Positions 28,060 to 37,456 of a stretch of DNA of 64,000 bases are shown here, piece by piece (position 1 is the stretch's first letter; every line of letters starts with the position of its first letter). A program made the translations under genes and the position numbers. The notes beneath the pieces are model-generated. The model worked only from the letters and a program-made list of their open reading frames with translations, did no database searches and had not been told where the DNA came from. The stretch spans positions 186,001 to 250,000 of IMG/VR virus record IMGVR_UViG_3300017917_001342; one strand, given 5' to 3'.

Positions 28060-29227
28060 AAACGCAGATGAATTAATTGCTGATCGTATGGACGGTTTAA
28101 AAAAGCAAGAACCTCTAGCACTTAGAGGATTAATCCATAATCTAAAGAGCAGACCCTATGAATGGTACGATGATGATATTGCTGCACTGTTAGAAGAATA
28201 CAAAGCTGACATATTAAAATACATCACACGCAAATATCATGTGGGCCAGATATCATTACCAACTAATGATATTAAAAAGCTAATGAGTGTTGGAATACAA
28301 TGGCCTGAATTAACTGATCTTGTCAACCGATACAAAACAGCTATTATCAAAAATGTACTAGAAACTCTTAAGCTAGATTACAGAAACGTAGCTGACACTG
28401 TAGGTACGTTGACTAGTATGAATCTCGGTTGGAAAGAATTAGACGCAATTAATCGTAGCTTAAATGCACTGCGTAATAATGTAAACGAAGCTTTAAAGTA
28501 TGATAACAATGAAATAGAAGAACTCAAAACTAACATAATTCAAGACCTACATGACGGATATTATAGAGATGCGTTAGATGTCATAGCAACACTGTGGCAT
28601 GACAATAGTAATCTTGGCGACGTAACTGCTATAACACGTTTATTGGAAAAACATAAACGTGGGTTGATTACACAGTTATTAACTGTAATCAAATATAGTA
28701 GCACTTACGAATTAAGCAAATATTTTAAAGATTTTATTAAAGGACTACAAGATTTTGGGATTGATTGGCCAGAATTCGACGCTATGTTAAAATCGATCAA
28801 CGCTGACAAAACAACACTTGATGAATCTTATTCAAAAAACGATGCAGAACAGTATAAGGATGAAATCATTAATACCATTAAGAAGGATGATATGGATGAT
28901 TTGTTTGAAATGCTTGCTGAGTTTGCATGGATACCGAGAGCACTTGTAGGCGATGTTACAAAACTAAATCGTATACTAGAACTACACAAAGTTCGAGTAA
29001 TAAAAGCATTACTGTCTTATATGCGAGAGCTAGATGACAGCGGTATTTGCTACATCATGCCACAAATTCTAGGCGGTTTAGAACATGCTGGCATAAATTG
29101 GCCCGAGTTAAAAATTATAGATCAAAGTGTTGACAAAATACAAAAACGTCGCGAAGCCGAAGATGACGATTTGTATGAGAGTAGCAAAGCAGTAAATACT
29201 ACTGCAAAAAAGGCTCGCAGACGATGA
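28046..29227 (+). CDS. WPEL-module repeat protein
   Basis: WPEL, WKEL, WPEF, WPEL; junctions VNE/A, LDE/S, LYE/S. Confidence 0.85.
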   Translation: MTSSKNADELIADRMDGLKKQEPLALRGLIHNLKSRPYEWYDDDIAALLEEYKADILKYITRKYHVGQISLPTNDIKKLMSVGIQWPELTDLVNRYKTAIIKNVLETLKLDYRNVADTVGTLTSMNLGWKELDAINRSLNALRNNVNEALKYDNNEIEELKTNIIQDLHDGYYRDALDVIATLWHDNSNLGDVTAITRLLEKHKRGLITQLLTVIKYSSTYELSKYFKDFIKGLQDFGIDWPEFDAMLKSINADKTTLDESYSKNDAEQYKDEIINTIKKDDMDDLFEMLAEFAWIPRALVGDVTKLNRILELHKVRVIKALLSYMRELDDSGICYIMPQILGGLEHAGINWPELKIIDQSVDKIQKRREAEDDDLYESSKAVNTTAKKARRR

Positions 29228-31533
29228 CACCTCATGAAATTCGCGTAACTCTAAATTTCTTCTTAGAAGATCTACAAGAAGAACGTTACATTGATGCTGT
29301 CAATGGTCTGATAGAATTGTATGCCTATACCAATTCTGATTATCCTCCATATGCTGATCGTAAAAACCAAATACCCTTTGACAAAATCAGCGAATTACTA
29401 CAACAGCATAAAACTGGTATTGTAAAACGCTTGTTGCGTTACATGAAGCATTATGATGCAGATGAAGTAAAACGATTTGTGTTGCTTGCTATCAATGCAT
29501 TAAAACACTTTGGTATAGATTGGCCTGAACTAGCTGTTATGAAAAACAGCGTTTCGCCGGAAGTTGAAGAATCCTGGAGCAACAAATATAAGAAAAGCAT
29601 CAATTGCAGCAATCCAAAAGGTTTTAGTCAACGTGCGCACTGTGCTGCTAGACGTAAGCGCAAAGCTGGCGGTAAGACTAAGAGCAAGCCAGTGAGAGAA
29701 GCATTGAGTTCGCCGCTGGGAGGTATTGTGCTGTCAATGCAAGACGCATTGCGAAAAGGCAGTGATGCCGCAGTATCGCATCGTGTTATTGACCTTTGGC
29801 GTGCTAACACAGCAGAACGACAGCGTGCAAGCGATATGCTAGCAGATGTAGAACACTTGGTAACAAGTTATGTAGAACGTCATCTCGGTTCAGAAAATCA
29901 TTTAGATGTACAAGACGGCTTGAACATGCTTCAAGTTTTACCACCAAGTGAAGATTGGGCAGACTTGCAAGTGTTATTAAACAAATACAAAACCAACATA
30001 CTAAAGTATTTGTTAAAGTGCATGAAGGATAATGATATAGATATACCTCATTATCGAATACCTGTGTTGAAAAAATGGGGCACAGATTGGCCAGAACTGG
30101 ACACAATCTACACCAGTGCTGATTCAGAATTGAAAAAACAAAAACGTATAGACGAGGGTGTTATTGCCTATCATGCTAGCCCGGTTGCTACAATTCGCAG
30201 CAAACGTTTTTGGCCATTTACACATTTTGGCAGTGAAAAAGCCGCAGCAGATCGTATCAAATATCTAAAGAAAACAGGCGAACTTGCAAAGGACTCGCCA
30301 GTCAGAGTCTATCAAGTTGAACTCAATATCAACAATCCCGCTGTAATCAAAGATGAACCTGTGCAACACAGTGCAACACAGTTTGCATTTGCATTGAAAA
30401 AGGCCAAGCTGATTTCTCAAGAGGAAATGGAAAGCATCACAAAACTTGGACACGATCCTGTTACCTATAAGCCTACTATGAGTTACGCTGATGCTGAAAA
30501 GCAACGCAATCGTAAATTGAGAGCATTGATGCGTAGCAAAGGCTTTGACGGATTTGCGTATGTGAATCGCTTTGAAGACAAAGGCAGTATGAGCTATGTC
30601 ATACTGGATCCCGCACAAGCTAGAACATTGCGACCAGTTAAAGCAGCGCCCGCAGAATTAAAAGAAGATGAACGCAACAATTTTTCCACAGTGTTTAGAA
30701 ATCGTTCTGAACAAGAAGGTGGTCACCGTTTTACACTCAATGCAGATGAATATGTAGAACATATAGAAAAACTCTTAAAATATGGAATGCTAGCAACTGA
30801 TAATGTAGTGATAGAATTAGCTACGCTGGGTCGACGCAGGCCCGATGCAATTAAAAATTGGCCAGAACTAGCTAACTTATTAAATCAACACAAAGATGAG
30901 TTGATGCGCATTATACAACATCACTTTAATAAAGACGTTACCAGTGAGCATGCAATGGCTCGCAGTGTTGATGTTGCAGGTGCATTAAAGCTAATTGGTA
31001 TAGACTGGCCAGAAATCGCTCAGCTTATTGAAAAGAACAAGCACAAAATAGTCAAAACACTGCTTGAGTTTATGCGAGATGAATATGACGCCCATATCCC
31101 ATACGAACTTAAAACACTGCGTAGCTATGGTGCAGATTGGCCAGAGTTAGCAGTAATTGAAAAAAGCCTAAACGCAGGATTGAATGAATCAAAGTCTAAC
31201 AAATTACCGCAGGACGTTACTGACATGGTAATGGACATGCTTAAACGAGATGGCACAGGCATCGCACTGTATCATATTTGGGAATGGAAATTAGACATAG
31301 ATAAACTGCCAGAATTAGAAGAATTCCTAAACGACCGCAAGCAAACCTATATGGAAATTATGTTGAAAAACATGAAGATGGGCGGAGACGCACTATACGG
31401 TACAGAACAGTATTTAGAACGTTTAGAAGGTACTAAAATAAATTGGCCTGAACTCAAAGTCATACGTAATAGCTTAAATAAGCTATTAGCAGAATTGCAT
31501 GCGTCGGAAGAACATCCAAATGAAAACCATTGA
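29224..31533 (+). CDS. Multidomain protein: WPEL modules + basic Cys peptide + ADP-ribosyltransferase (ART-PolyVal-like)
   Basis: AYHAS...THFG...VYQVELNINNP...KGFDGFAYVNRFED...SYVILDPAQ; six WPE[LI]; TAAATA at 29193-29198 upstream. Confidence 0.85.
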   Translation: MTPHEIRVTLNFFLEDLQEERYIDAVNGLIELYAYTNSDYPPYADRKNQIPFDKISELLQQHKTGIVKRLLRYMKHYDADEVKRFVLLAINALKHFGIDWPELAVMKNSVSPEVEESWSNKYKKSINCSNPKGFSQRAHCAARRKRKAGGKTKSKPVREALSSPLGGIVLSMQDALRKGSDAAVSHRVIDLWRANTAERQRASDMLADVEHLVTSYVERHLGSENHLDVQDGLNMLQVLPPSEDWADLQVLLNKYKTNILKYLLKCMKDNDIDIPHYRIPVLKKWGTDWPELDTIYTSADSELKKQKRIDEGVIAYHASPVATIRSKRFWPFTHFGSEKAAADRIKYLKKTGELAKDSPVRVYQVELNINNPAVIKDEPVQHSATQFAFALKKAKLISQEEMESITKLGHDPVTYKPTMSYADAEKQRNRKLRALMRSKGFDGFAYVNRFEDKGSMSYVILDPAQARTLRPVKAAPAELKEDERNNFSTVFRNRSEQEGGHRFTLNADEYVEHIEKLLKYGMLATDNVVIELATLGRRRPDAIKNWPELANLLNQHKDELMRIIQHHFNKDVTSEHAMARSVDVAGALKLIGIDWPEIAQLIEKNKHKIVKTLLEFMRDEYDAHIPYELKTLRSYGADWPELAVIEKSLNAGLNESKSNKLPQDVTDMVMDMLKRDGTGIALYHIWEWKLDIDKLPELEEFLNDRKQTYMEIMLKNMKMGGDALYGTEQYLERLEGTKINWPELKVIRNSLNKLLAELHASEEHPNENH

Positions 31534-34171
31534 TTTAAACATATTTTTAGAAGCTCAAGGTCCTGCAAAGATACCAACTGGTTCTGGTAAGTCCACTATT
31601 GCAAACCCTGCGCATTCTCCCGGTAGCTATTACGAAGGTGATCCTGCTAACTTTGATTTTGGTGCACAGCGTAGAAACTACCAAGCATTAAATGCCGCAT
31701 TGGCACGTAACGGTAAAAAGCTTAATTACATCGGTGTTTCCAAAGCAGATAGTGGTAGAGACACCTTTGTTGCAACTGCACCCGGTGTTGTATGGTACAA
31801 ATACGAAGGCAGCAATCCACAGTCTGGACAAAACATACTCTACATCAACGGTGTTAAAGACAAGTTTACGTCATTTATGGCATTGTCGCCAGAGGAACAA
31901 GACAAGAAACTGTCTGCAAGTCCTGCTGCATTGAGTTTACAAAAAGGTGATGTGTTTGGTTATATCAATGCACTGGCTGCGTCAGATGCGCCTGCAAACA
32001 CTGTTGTTGACAGTTTGAATCAAAACAAAGATTTGATACTGCAACGAATAGCAAACGAACTGTTAAACTACCCAAAATACATATCTAAGATAAAAACCTT
32101 TAATAAAGCATTGGCTAACAAAGGTGCGTTGCTACCATGGTTAACAGTTGACGAAATTTTAAAAGCAATCCAGCCTGTGATATCGAAAGATCTGTTCGAC
32201 TATTTTTTAAGGTGGCCAAGTACAGATTCATTGAAACGTATCAAATCTGCAATCGCAGTTGGATTGCTGTTTGACATGTCTTATATGCAAGAATTGACCA
32301 ATAACAATGTTGATGGGTTTGTCGAACGCTTTTCTAGTCCCGGCATGTTTACCGGACCAGGATATCGCATGGTAGACAACCTAATAGAATTTCTAACTCT
32401 TGTACGCTACAGTAACCCACGATTAGAAGTTAAGAATCTAATTGACAATGTGGATTATAAGCGCATTGTAAAATATTTAAACGATTCTAGCAATGTAACA
32501 GGAAATGTATATCAAGCTGCTAAACTGTTGTTAAATGCAGGATTTCCAAAAGATCGCATTGTACAGGCATTTGAAGATCTAAAAGAAGAAATGGTTGGCA
32601 ATGCACTGCTTAAATTAGTTAGAACTGCTAGAGTTGATGATATTGGAAATCTCAATGCAGCACTTAATATACTTGGTATATCATGGCCCGAAATTGTTGG
32701 GGATAATATACGTAAGCTGATTGAAAATAACAAAACTAATATTATTAAAACTATACTTACTAATGTAAAAAATGGAGTTTTTCAAAATGCGTTAAATGCT
32801 GTCGATTTCTTTATAGATAACGACTACAAATGGCCAGAGCTAGCTGCAATAAAACGAAGCTTAATCGCTTCACTAAATAACCGAACAGACGAAACACGCA
32901 ACAGTTTGAGTAACAATATGAAAATCGACGAAGTTGAACAATTAGACGAGGACCTTGGTAATCTAAATCAGCTAGGTATGGGTCCGCTGCTTAATGTACT
33001 CAAACAGGAGCATTGGAGTCGCCGAAATTACGATCCAGAGATACGTCCGGTCGGCAAGCGTTTTGTTGGATCGGGCTATGACCGACGAGTAGGTCCTAAC
33101 AGCGAAATACAAGACATTGGTGCAGTAAAAGACATTCTTAAATCTCTACGTAAAGCATTTAAAACCACAGCAGCCGTTGCATTTGCACTATATATAGGCG
33201 GCAAACCTGTGATGTTTGGTGTCACAGATGAATATACACTAGCAGGCAGCAGTCGTCATGGTAAAATTGCCTACGATCTAACACCCTGGGCAGAAACTGT
33301 TAAGCTGTATGATCAGCAACAAAAAGGTCGCTACGCACCTAGTACACAGTTGACAACTATGCGTGACAAAGAAGAACGCAATTACAGTGATCCACGCGAC
33401 AAATGGGATACTCCTGTAATGGTTACTCAAAAATACGCAGGTGATATGATATCAACTGGCGACTTGTCAACTATTGCAAAAGTAATTGAATTTATTTCTG
33501 CTAACACAGGCGAACCTATCACAGCTAAGTTAGTAATGAAAGACGAAGCTGGCTTTGAAAAAATGAAAAGCCGACAGATCAATCATGTTGCAGTTCGCAG
33601 TGCAGCAGAAGATCTCAAGCATAGACTAAGTGTTTACAAGAACAGCAAAAAACCATCTGTAGATACTATTGAAGATTTTATTGCTATGAGCCTTAGAAAA
33701 CCAGGCAGTGTAGTTCAGTTTGCAGGTGTACCATATCGTTTAACTGCAACCAGCTACGATAAAATAGAACCAGTATCTTTGCTATCAGGTAAAGAGTTTA
33801 GCACAGATTATAAAAGCAATCTCAAGGACGATTATCATAACAGTGTTAGGATCTATTACAGATACGACAAAGACACTAATCAATTGTTGCCGATATATGC
33901 CGAATGGTATGACAAAACTGATCCAAATAACCCATCATATCAACGAGTATCTGCTGTTCTAGATGGCAAAGGTTATATCAAAAGTAGACTAAAAGTGCAG
34001 TCGCTAACAAAAGAAGCGGTGATACCAAAAATATTAGAGAAGATTAAATCGTCGCAATTCAAAGATGCATTGTTATATGTTCAGGCATTGCAAAAAATGG
34101 GTATGGACTGGCCAGAGTTAAGTGTTATTGAACGCAGTGCAAATGCTGAATTAAACAAGCCGAGAGACTGA
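31520..34171 (+). CDS. Large WPEL-module protein, apparently a fusion of two genes
   Basis: Start moved to MKTIDLNIFLE/A; internal TAAATA (32874) and in-frame MKIDEVEQLDE/D at 32918; both halves end in WPEL. Confidence 0.8.
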   Translation: MKTIDLNIFLEAQGPAKIPTGSGKSTIANPAHSPGSYYEGDPANFDFGAQRRNYQALNAALARNGKKLNYIGVSKADSGRDTFVATAPGVVWYKYEGSNPQSGQNILYINGVKDKFTSFMALSPEEQDKKLSASPAALSLQKGDVFGYINALAASDAPANTVVDSLNQNKDLILQRIANELLNYPKYISKIKTFNKALANKGALLPWLTVDEILKAIQPVISKDLFDYFLRWPSTDSLKRIKSAIAVGLLFDMSYMQELTNNNVDGFVERFSSPGMFTGPGYRMVDNLIEFLTLVRYSNPRLEVKNLIDNVDYKRIVKYLNDSSNVTGNVYQAAKLLLNAGFPKDRIVQAFEDLKEEMVGNALLKLVRTARVDDIGNLNAALNILGISWPEIVGDNIRKLIENNKTNIIKTILTNVKNGVFQNALNAVDFFIDNDYKWPELAAIKRSLIASLNNRTDETRNSLSNNMKIDEVEQLDEDLGNLNQLGMGPLLNVLKQEHWSRRNYDPEIRPVGKRFVGSGYDRRVGPNSEIQDIGAVKDILKSLRKAFKTTAAVAFALYIGGKPVMFGVTDEYTLAGSSRHGKIAYDLTPWAETVKLYDQQQKGRYAPSTQLTTMRDKEERNYSDPRDKWDTPVMVTQKYAGDMISTGDLSTIAKVIEFISANTGEPITAKLVMKDEAGFEKMKSRQINHVAVRSAAEDLKHRLSVYKNSKKPSVDTIEDFIAMSLRKPGSVVQFAGVPYRLTATSYDKIEPVSLLSGKEFSTDYKSNLKDDYHNSVRIYYRYDKDTNQLLPIYAEWYDKTDPNNPSYQRVSAVLDGKGYIKSRLKVQSLTKEAVIPKILEKIKSSQFKDALLYVQALQKMGMDWPELSVIERSANAELNKPRD

Positions 34172-34174
34172 TCT

Positions 34175-35437
34175 ATGAAGATTACAGAGTTATCAGAGGC
34201 TGTAGAATTACCGCCAGATGTTATAGAACAACTTAACGGTTTATTAATTAAACCATTGCGTGATACTCTGATAAGACGTATGGCATATCCAAATCTCTAT
34301 TACATAATTGATACATTTGAAGATATGCTTGCTGATAAAAAATATGCCAAGTCGCCGCGTCGTAAACAGGCAATTGCGTTGCTATTTCCATATGTTTTGC
34401 AAGCATTAGATGAGATTATCAAAAATGCCAAAGCAGACGGTAGCTATTATCCTTTCACTAGAATAGTCAAGCTACTGAGATACAGCATAGACAACGAAGC
34501 TGTTGCAGAAGTTTTAGAAAACAACAAAGGCAAACTCTTACAGATATTAAAAGCCTTTATTGACAAAACTCACAAATCTGCACATAACGTTGGACGAAAT
34601 GCCGACGAGAGTGCAATTGTAGATATTGTCAATGCTCTTGATCATGCAGGCATTGATTGGATAGAACTCAAAGACCTATATAAACAACATTTCTATAATC
34701 GCTATAGCGGCTGGTTAAGTCAATCGCAAGACAAATGGGGTACAAATACTGTATTCAATGTGTTAAACGACATGAGTAGGCACAAACTCACTATAGATGA
34801 TCTCAACGAAGAACTAGCGAACCGTTTACAGTCTATGAAATCAACAATATTAAACAGATCACTGTTTAATTTTAGACATGATTCTGTGCGATACGGTTTG
34901 GTAGAAATGGGAGACTACTATAAAAAACTGCGACGTCTTGGGTTCGATTGGCCTGAATTACAAATATCTAGCTTAGATCAATTCAAAACACCTATCATGC
35001 GTGAGTTACTGACACTGTTTAAAGAACAAAACGTAGGCCGCGCAGCAAAAATAGTAGCAGAATTAAAGCAGGCAACAGATTGGCCAGAACTAGCTGCTAT
35101 GGAACGATCACTAGGTGCTAAACAACTTGATGAAGAACTGCACCCTGCACGTATCAAAGCAGTTGATGAATCTCTGCGCAACGGTGATTATATAGGTGCT
35201 GCACATTATATGGGTGTGTACGGTGTCAACATAGATGAGTTCGACAAGCGTGTTCGTGAACGATTTGAAGAAATGAAACCAGAAATCATTCGTGAAATGC
35301 TACAGCTTGTCAAAAACATTTCGCTCGATCGTGGTTATCGAATAATGGACAATGTTCGTAAAGCTGGACTAGGTTGGCCAGAGATTGATATCATATTCAA
35401 AAGTCTAGACAAGTCCTACACTGAACGATACCGTTAA
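34175..35437 (+). CDS. WPEL-module repeat protein
   Basis: Leader MKITELSE/A; WIEL, WPEL, WPEL, WPEI; LDE/E junction. Confidence 0.85.
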   Translation: MKITELSEAVELPPDVIEQLNGLLIKPLRDTLIRRMAYPNLYYIIDTFEDMLADKKYAKSPRRKQAIALLFPYVLQALDEIIKNAKADGSYYPFTRIVKLLRYSIDNEAVAEVLENNKGKLLQILKAFIDKTHKSAHNVGRNADESAIVDIVNALDHAGIDWIELKDLYKQHFYNRYSGWLSQSQDKWGTNTVFNVLNDMSRHKLTIDDLNEELANRLQSMKSTILNRSLFNFRHDSVRYGLVEMGDYYKKLRRLGFDWPELQISSLDQFKTPIMRELLTLFKEQNVGRAAKIVAELKQATDWPELAAMERSLGAKQLDEELHPARIKAVDESLRNGDYIGAAHYMGVYGVNIDEFDKRVRERFEEMKPEIIREMLQLVKNISLDRGYRIMDNVRKAGLGWPEIDIIFKSLDKSYTERYR

Positions 35438-35444
35438 ATATAGT

Positions 35445-36023
35445 ATGTTTAACGAATCAGCGCCTCTTACAGCAGATGGCAGTTTTGCCAAAAGTCTAAG
35501 CTACAGCAAACTCTGGATGTGTCTAGAGTTAAAACGTCTTATGGAAGAATTGAACATCAAAAAATTCAACGCTGTATACAGTTTAGGCAGTTGGTATGGC
35601 AATATGGGTATATTCATGTTGCTTACCTACGTACCGTTTAAAGTATTGGTTAATGTAGATATTGACCCAGAACCATTAGCAGCAAGTCAAACAGTTCTTA
35701 AAAAACTGTCACCTAATAAAAAAATCATAGGCCTCTGCAAAGATGCCAACAACATAAAATATGTTGCAGCACAGCCAAGTTTAGTAATCAATACCAGTAC
35801 TAATAATATGAAAAACTCTGGTTGGTTGGATCATATACCAACTGGCACTGTGGTTGCTATACAGGGTAGAAACAACGAACCCAAAAACAAACTCAATACT
35901 TGCAACTCGCTAGATGAGTTTGATGCACAATATCCACTGAGAGATGTACAGTTTTTAGGCAGCATAAAGCTAGCTGATCCGGGCGACAAATACCAACGTT
36001 GGATGAAGATAGGTATAAAGTAA
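35445..36023 (+). CDS. Class I SAM-dependent methyltransferase-like protein
   Basis: YSLGSWYG, VNVDIDP, DAN, LVINTS; TAAATA at 35435-35440, 4 nt before the ATG. Confidence 0.75.
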   Translation: MFNESAPLTADGSFAKSLSYSKLWMCLELKRLMEELNIKKFNAVYSLGSWYGNMGIFMLLTYVPFKVLVNVDIDPEPLAASQTVLKKLSPNKKIIGLCKDANNIKYVAAQPSLVINTSTNNMKNSGWLDHIPTGTVVAIQGRNNEPKNKLNTCNSLDEFDAQYPLRDVQFLGSIKLADPGDKYQRWMKIGIK

Positions 36024-37070
36024 ATGGCAACAGTTATAGGCGCAGGACAACGTTACGACAGAATCATTGGTGTAGGTGGTGTAACTGTAAGCACAGACGG
36101 TTATTTGTGGAGCAGTCAGAGTGAAATTACACAGCCGTTCCCACCGAGAATGCGTGCGCAGGGTATTGCAGTAAACGGCAGCAGCAATGTCTGGGTTGCA
36201 ATAAGCGACAACGGGTTTGCATCTACTAGCTACGATCTTTCAACCTGGACCGCTGCACGACTGTTAGATGCTGACTTTACTGCACAGGGTATCAGTTGGA
36301 GCATAAACGGCAGTGGTGCTAGACCTATATTCTGTGTGGCAGGCAGTAGAAAATACAACAACGGCAATGTATTGCCAAATGAATATGAAGACAATACACA
36401 GATTGCACAAATATTAATCAACGAGTCTGGCAGTCCCTATACCTGGGATCAGGCATTTACACACCCTGACAACAACAGTTACTTTTTCAATGTGAAATAT
36501 TTTACAGGTATACTGGTTAACGGTATACCAACTAATGTATGGATTGCAGTGGGTTCAGCAAATGGCCAACCGGATATCTGGTACACTAATGACGTTACAT
36601 GGATAGGCGGTGGATCAGTCCCTGACAACAACACATGGCAGCGTGTAAGTATACCTGAGGTGTTTGCTAATAGACCTTTATATGATGTTGCAGAATATCA
36701 AGGTACACTATACTTTAGTGGCCGAGGTGTGATACTCAATACCAACGACCTTGGTAACCCAACTTGGGATTCTAGCAATTTCTTTACAACCGCACGTTCT
36801 ACACCAAATTATCGTAACATTGCTATTAACCCTGCCGGACACATAGTTGTGGTTAGCAGCGGTGACATTCGTTACAGTACAGACAGAGTTGGTTGGACTA
36901 GTTACGAATATGAAGGTTATTTTTTCCAAAGTGTTTGCTGGTTCCAAGATCATTGGATAGTCGGCAGTTACAGTACACTGACTGAATACACTTATTTTAC
37001 TAGTACCAATACCAGTACCTGGGTACCACGCAATAATCTAGTTCAAATTTACGGCTTCTGTAGTTATTGA
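36024..37070 (+). CDS. Beta-propeller-like protein (possibly structural)
   Basis: Repeated S-x-D-x-x-x-W (BNR-like) and WVAI/WIAV/WIVG strands. Confidence 0.65.
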   Translation: MATVIGAGQRYDRIIGVGGVTVSTDGYLWSSQSEITQPFPPRMRAQGIAVNGSSNVWVAISDNGFASTSYDLSTWTAARLLDADFTAQGISWSINGSGARPIFCVAGSRKYNNGNVLPNEYEDNTQIAQILINESGSPYTWDQAFTHPDNNSYFFNVKYFTGILVNGIPTNVWIAVGSANGQPDIWYTNDVTWIGGGSVPDNNTWQRVSIPEVFANRPLYDVAEYQGTLYFSGRGVILNTNDLGNPTWDSSNFFTTARSTPNYRNIAINPAGHIVVVSSGDIRYSTDRVGWTSYEYEGYFFQSVCWFQDHWIVGSYSTLTEYTYFTSTNTSTWVPRNNLVQIYGFCSY

Positions 37071-37095
37071 CACACAGTTGACCACCGATTACACT
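37067..37095 (+). promoter_or_regulatory. sigma70-type promoter
   Basis: TTGACA, 17 nt, TACACT; AAGGAG RBS downstream. Confidence 0.6.
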
Positions 37096-37127
37096 ATAGT
37101 ATCGCAAATGTGTAAAAGGAGCATACT

Positions 37128-37400
37128 ATGAGTATTGGAAGCTTGAGCGAAGCAGATCGACTAAAGATCAAAGAACTAATTGACCAGGGTGTGTCTGTAA
37201 CTCGAGACATCGAAACTCTCAAAGATGGTCTTAAAGAAACGGTCGATGCAATTGCAACAGAACTTGAAATTAAAAAAGCAGTTCTTACTAAGGCAATTCG
37301 TGTAGCATATAAGATGGCAGAAAATCGCGACGAACTTGCAGAAGGTCGAGAAATTTTTGACGAAATTGAAGAACTGCTAGATATTGCTAAGAAAAAGTAA
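37128..37400 (+). CDS. Small dsDNA-binding protein (T4 DsbA / GapR-like)
   Basis: 90-aa helical protein with the pattern LKDGLKETVDAIATELEIKKAVLTKAIR, directly upstream of the polymerase. Confidence 0.65.
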   Translation: MSIGSLSEADRLKIKELIDQGVSVTRDIETLKDGLKETVDAIATELEIKKAVLTKAIRVAYKMAENRDELAEGREIFDEIEELLDIAKKK

Positions 37401-37421
37401 CTGTAGATTATATCTATTACC

Positions 37422-37456
37422 AAGCGAGCAAGTAACTTTGCTCGCTTATTTTATTT
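37422..37456 (+). terminator. Intrinsic terminator
   Basis: AAGCGAGCAA-GTAACT-TTGCTCGCTT then ATTTTATTT. Confidence 0.8.

Larger units (their letters stand above)
12961..35437 (+). repeat. Dispersed protein-level repeat: ~50-aa WPEL module, 32 WPE[LIFV] copies in 11 ORFs plus about 7 degenerate copies
   Basis: Consensus K-x2-II-[KR]-x-LL-x2-h-K...L-x3-G-h-[DN]-WPEL-x2-I-x-[RK]S, counted by eye from the translations. Confidence 0.95.

Noticed and set aside
12961-35437. Recurrent TGGCC(A/T)GAA DNA motif as a CRISPR or other DNA repeat array
   Set aside because: Irregular spacing and synonymous third-position variation show conservation at the protein level (WPE)
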